Under the pieces are notes generated by a model. It did not search any database, was not told the origin of the DNA, and was given only the letters and a program-made list of their open reading frames with translations. A stretch of 64,000 nucleotides of DNA from Methanobacteriota archaeon (GTDB lineage Archaea > Halobacteriota > Bog-38 > Methanoflorentales > Methanoflorentaceae): the NCBI GenBank assembly GCA_963719035.1, contig CAVRAO010000012.1, positions 32,001-96,000 on the forward strand. Reading direction: 5' to 3'. A program made the position numbers and the translations under genes. Below, piece by piece: positions 60,650 through 64,000 of this stretch (positions are counted from its first letter, which is position 1; each line of letters starts with the position of its first letter).

Positions 60650-61096
60650 TTAGGCACCTCCTTTTACCATCATCGCTTTCTCTACATCCTGGATCGTTTC
60701 AGGGGAGATCCGCCCCATGTCGATCAGCTCGGCATCCGCGTCAAGGAGTGCCTCCTTGAACTGGATGGCCCAAACGTTCTCGAACAGAAGAAGGGCGGCC
60801 GAGCTGTTGTTGGGCAACGTTGCGGCGATCACTTCTATGTCGCCTTCTGAGAACCATTCACGGGTATTCTTTGACAATTCATTGAACGCAGCTCCCACTT
60901 CTCCTTCCAGGTTCTCTGTCTCGGCTATAACCAGTTTACCATTCTTATCCCTCATAATGAAAACCAGATCGATCACCCGGATAATGCCTTTTTTTTCGAG
61001 TCTCGTCAGCTCTGGGGCAATCTTGCCACTGAACTTGTTTCCGGGAAACCTGACCATCAGGTAGTCCACCGGTCCCATTACCTTGCCTTGTGTCAT
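60650..61096 (-). CDS. DUF6325/DUF1269-like protein
   Basis: MGPVDY...FPGNKF.G.I...IRVIDL...SSAALLLFENVWA. Confidence 0.82.
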   Translation of the reverse strand: MTQGKVMGPVDYLMVRFPGNKFSGKIAPELTRLEKKGIIRVIDLVFIMRDKNGKLVIAETENLEGEVGAAFNELSKNTREWFSEGDIEVIAATLPNNSSAALLLFENVWAIQFKEALLDADAELIDMGRISPETIQDVEKAMMVKGGA

Positions 61097-61359
61097 AATA
61101 CTCCTTCAGTACGCCCCTCTATAAAAGGGATCACTTAAGTTAACTGGGGGAACCCAATTAAAATATCTTCCCGTGATGACGAATAATTATCAGCTGCCGC
61201 TGCCTGAGCATTTTTTACGATGTCTATGTGCAGTTTTGGAAGTGTGTCGAATTGACACTGTCTTAGCGCAGCGGGGTCAACTTCAAGTAAATAGTAAGGA
61301 CCTAGGTCGGCCTTATTTAGATGTTCAAAAAAAGAAGCTGTGAATCAATCAAATGCCAG

Positions 61360-61752
61360 TTAGCCTCTGCTGATTGTTGATATATGGGCTGAGTCAAATT
61401 CGCAAACGATAGTTTCAGGGCTTGACATATCGATTCGAGAGAGGTGAACCACGAGCCTCAAAGGTATGAAAGCATTTGTCTGTCTGTTTATGAAGTCTCC
61501 CTCAAGTTGAATCTGCTCGTCAGTTTTAAGATGCTGGTAGAGCTGTGGCAATAACCTTTGGTCTTCCTTAGGGTCAAGAAAAATTACGCCGTATATGTCC
61601 GCCAGTCCGTCAACCGTAGCCCTTGGGTCTTCAAAAGTCCCCGCGTGTATTTCATCCCGCTTGATTGAGCATCTGGCAAAGCCCTGCCCAGTTTGCTCCT
61701 GATCGTCAAGATAGAAGGTCAAATCACCGACGCTTTCATATTCTTCCCGCAT
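61360..61752 (-). CDS. Hypothetical protein
   Basis: 130-aa ATG ORF with typical soluble composition. Confidence 0.6.
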   Translation of the reverse strand: MREEYESVGDLTFYLDDQEQTGQGFARCSIKRDEIHAGTFEDPRATVDGLADIYGVIFLDPKEDQRLLPQLYQHLKTDEQIQLEGDFINRQTNAFIPLRLVVHLSRIDMSSPETIVCEFDSAHISTISRG

Positions 61753-61965
61753 TGTGTCCCAGATATAGAATGATATCTAAGTCTTTAAACTGTTGGATTT
61801 AAGCACGAAACCGCAGCTACGGTCTAGTTTTTTGAGCTGGGAATTCTATGACTTGGCAAGCATTCAAACAGAGAGTTAATGCACATAACCGCACAACGAA
61901 GACCGGCGAAGCGGTGGCTGTAAAAGACGCATCGCCGCTTACAACGGGGATAACGGAGGTGAAAA

Positions 61966-62094
61966 ATGCCAGGAGCACTGAAAAAAGCTGCAGTAGTCCA
62001 CCACCACAGAGAGAAGGAAGATAATAAAGCAAGGGAAAGAGACGACCGCGACGCGGGGAAAAAAGCTGCAGTAGTCCACCACAGACGCAAGTAA
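61966..62094 (+). CDS. 42-aa charged His-repeat micro-protein (not in ORF track)
   Basis: GGAGGTG RBS; MPGALKKAAVVHHHREKEDNKARERDDRDAGKKAAVVHHRRK*. Confidence 0.65.
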   Translation: MPGALKKAAVVHHHREKEDNKARERDDRDAGKKAAVVHHRRK

Positions 62095-62481
62095 GAGGTA
62101 TTAGACTTTTGCGCGGGGGCCAAACCGATTTTATGAGGAGATTAATTTCCTTAAAACGACACCCGCTCATAGATCGCCTTAGGGCCGACATCCCATGTTG
62201 TTCTCGATTCAGCTGGCTTCCGCGGTTCGATTCGTTAGGTACAGGCCGCGGCATTGCGAGTGGCATCTGTTAGTCGCACGCCAGCAAGTAGCAGGGCGAG
62301 GCTCAGTGAGCGACAAAACCCGTTCTAGACGGGTGTTCGCAGATGAGTACGAATCTCGCTTCAAGACTCCTAAACGGATCACGACTGTCATTTCGCAACT
62401 TTGATTTCATCCCGCAGTAGTTGACTAGACATGTCGGGTGGTTGGGGCGACCAATCGAGTGCCTCAAACTTGTGAGGAACT

Positions 62482-63435
62482 ATGAAACCCACGGAGAAGC
62501 TTCCGGACTTGCTTGAGTTTTTCAACATTATAGCGAGAATCCAGCGTCTCAACGAGGTTTTTCGCCTGAGTGGGCGCATCCGCTATTTGTACGAAGTCCT
62601 GTGCTTTATCCTGATTGTTTTTGATGCCTTTTTCTTGTTCCTTACGGTAGTCTTTCCCTTGAAGCTAGGTGCCGTCCAGTCAATAGCGACGTTTGACGCG
62701 GTCGTGGTGCTCTTCTTATGGGTCGAATACCTGTTTAGGGTGAACGAGCAGGACAACAAGTGGAGCTACGTCGCGTACCAGTGGACCGACATTCTTGCCA
62801 TCATTCCTTTTGACTATCTTGCCCTCGTTTCGTTCGGCGTCGCTCTGCCGCTTACCCTGGTCTTCAAGCTTCTCCGACTCGTGCGAATTTTTGCCCTCCT
62901 CAGGTTCTCACGACGAATCGAAAAAGAAGTACTGGCATTCGCTGAAAAGACTCGTCTCATCTACGGCTTAGCCCTTTACTTGCTGATCATCATCGTCGGC
63001 TCGTTCCTCTTCTTTTCTATCGAATCGGGCGTGAATCCCCACGTGACCGATGTTGACAACGCGCTGTGGTTCATGATCGTGACTATAACGACCGTCGGCT
63101 ACGGGGACGTGGTGCCTTACACCGGGCTTGGCAGGATTATCGCGGTCGTCGCAATGATCTCTGCCATCCTCTTTGCGAGCCTCGTGACGGCCACCACCAC
63201 GACGGCACTCCTTGAGAAGTTCAGGGCCGAACGGGAAAAACTCACCGAAACAAGCAAAGAGACGATCGGAAATGTCATCGCTCAACTGAACGCGATTGAG
63301 GAGCGCTTAGAAAAGCTTTCTACGTTGGAGGACAGCACGGACGAAATCAAGGCTGACCTCGCCGAGCTCAAAGGGATGCGAGCAGAGGTGCAGAGCTTGA
63401 AAGAATCGGTCGAGGGGAAAAAGCAAGAAAAGTGA
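62482..63435 (+). CDS. 6-TM voltage-gated-type potassium channel with C-terminal coiled coil
   Basis: S4-like KLLRLVRIFALLR; TTVGYGD selectivity filter. Confidence 0.92.
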   Translation: MKPTEKLPDLLEFFNIIARIQRLNEVFRLSGRIRYLYEVLCFILIVFDAFFLFLTVVFPLKLGAVQSIATFDAVVVLFLWVEYLFRVNEQDNKWSYVAYQWTDILAIIPFDYLALVSFGVALPLTLVFKLLRLVRIFALLRFSRRIEKEVLAFAEKTRLIYGLALYLLIIIVGSFLFFSIESGVNPHVTDVDNALWFMIVTITTVGYGDVVPYTGLGRIIAVVAMISAILFASLVTATTTTALLEKFRAEREKLTETSKETIGNVIAQLNAIEERLEKLSTLEDSTDEIKADLAELKGMRAEVQSLKESVEGKKQEK

Positions 63436-63713
63436 GTTTCTTGGGGGTTGCGGGCGCGCGTCTCACGGCATTTTTCTCGCCGCATTTCGGACGAGCGTCG
63501 GCCTGAGGGTCTGCCCCCCTCTTTCGTGATGGACATCGCTCCGGGCATGTTTTCTGCACCTCATGTCAATCAGCTCACCGCTCAACATAAAGCCCTTCTA
63601 CTTATCGGCAGCATCGCCGTTGTACTGGTCCTGTTCGCCGACGCGTCGCGAATCTGCCTAATACTTTAATATCTAGATCCTATGTACGGCTATAGTATCA
63701 GGAGACAACACTT

Positions 63714-64000
63714 ATGGCAGAGGAATCGCTGAAAATCAAAATGGATTACGCAGAGTCATCTGAAATCCTCAGGAACTCCCTGAAGATGAGAGGAACTCCC
63801 GTCGCATTGGGCTTCGCGACAACGAAGGATGACATTCCATCCGGGATGACAGAGATCGATAAACGAATCAGGCACTGCATGATGGTGAGCCTTGCGAGAA
63901 GAGAGGGCAGAATCTTCTATTCTACCGCAGATAAACACGAATGTAACGGCGGTTCCTTCGCTTTAGGACTCAGGGATCTTACACCGGCCCTGAAGACAGG
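63714..64000 (+). CDS. DUF169 family protein (partial, runs off 3' end)
   Basis: AGGAG RBS; L...PVA...RHCMMV..AR..G...HEC.GG..ALG pattern. Confidence 0.75.
   Translation, partial: MAEESLKIKMDYAESSEILRNSLKMRGTPVALGFATTKDDIPSGMTEIDKRIRHCMMVSLARREGRIFYSTADKHECNGGSFALGLRDLTPALKT

Overview
Archaeal chromosomal window. The evidence is TATA/BRE promoters, GGAGGTG ribosome-binding sites and PGF-CTERM/PEF-like surface-sorting tails; a Halobacteriota/Methanomicrobia-like origin is my inference. No rRNA, tRNA, CRISPR or intact transposase/integrase was seen. The window has three parts. (1) 1-20 kb holds mixed transport and stress genes, including an AbrB(HgcC-like)-arsM pair and an arsC. (2) About 20-47.5 kb is a large arsenic/thiol-redox island: second AbrB-arsM, DGC protein, Fe-S protein, arsR (missed by the ORF track), duplicated CMD/AhpD gene, arsP, acr3, arsC, thioredoxins and CcdA proteins. 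It also carries surface proteins and an orphan bacterial-type acetyl-CoA synthase. (3) About 47.7-64 kb is an acid/ion-stress block (GAD, SulP, ClC, K+ channel, AI-2E pair, DUF6325/SHOCT). The main discovery candidate is a 24-bp palindrome, ATnn-ATATAT-N4-ATATRT-nnAT, found 10-11 times between 22.3 and 46.7 kb, upstream of genes and often directly behind a TATA box. It defines a putative ArsR regulon that includes the acetyl-CoA synthase, a CxxCH-containing PGF-CTERM surface protein, thioredoxin/CcdA modules and envelope genes. A separate 9-bp-period operator sits at both AbrB-arsM pairs. Many genes carry single-base frameshifts, which could be sequencing error or real decay.
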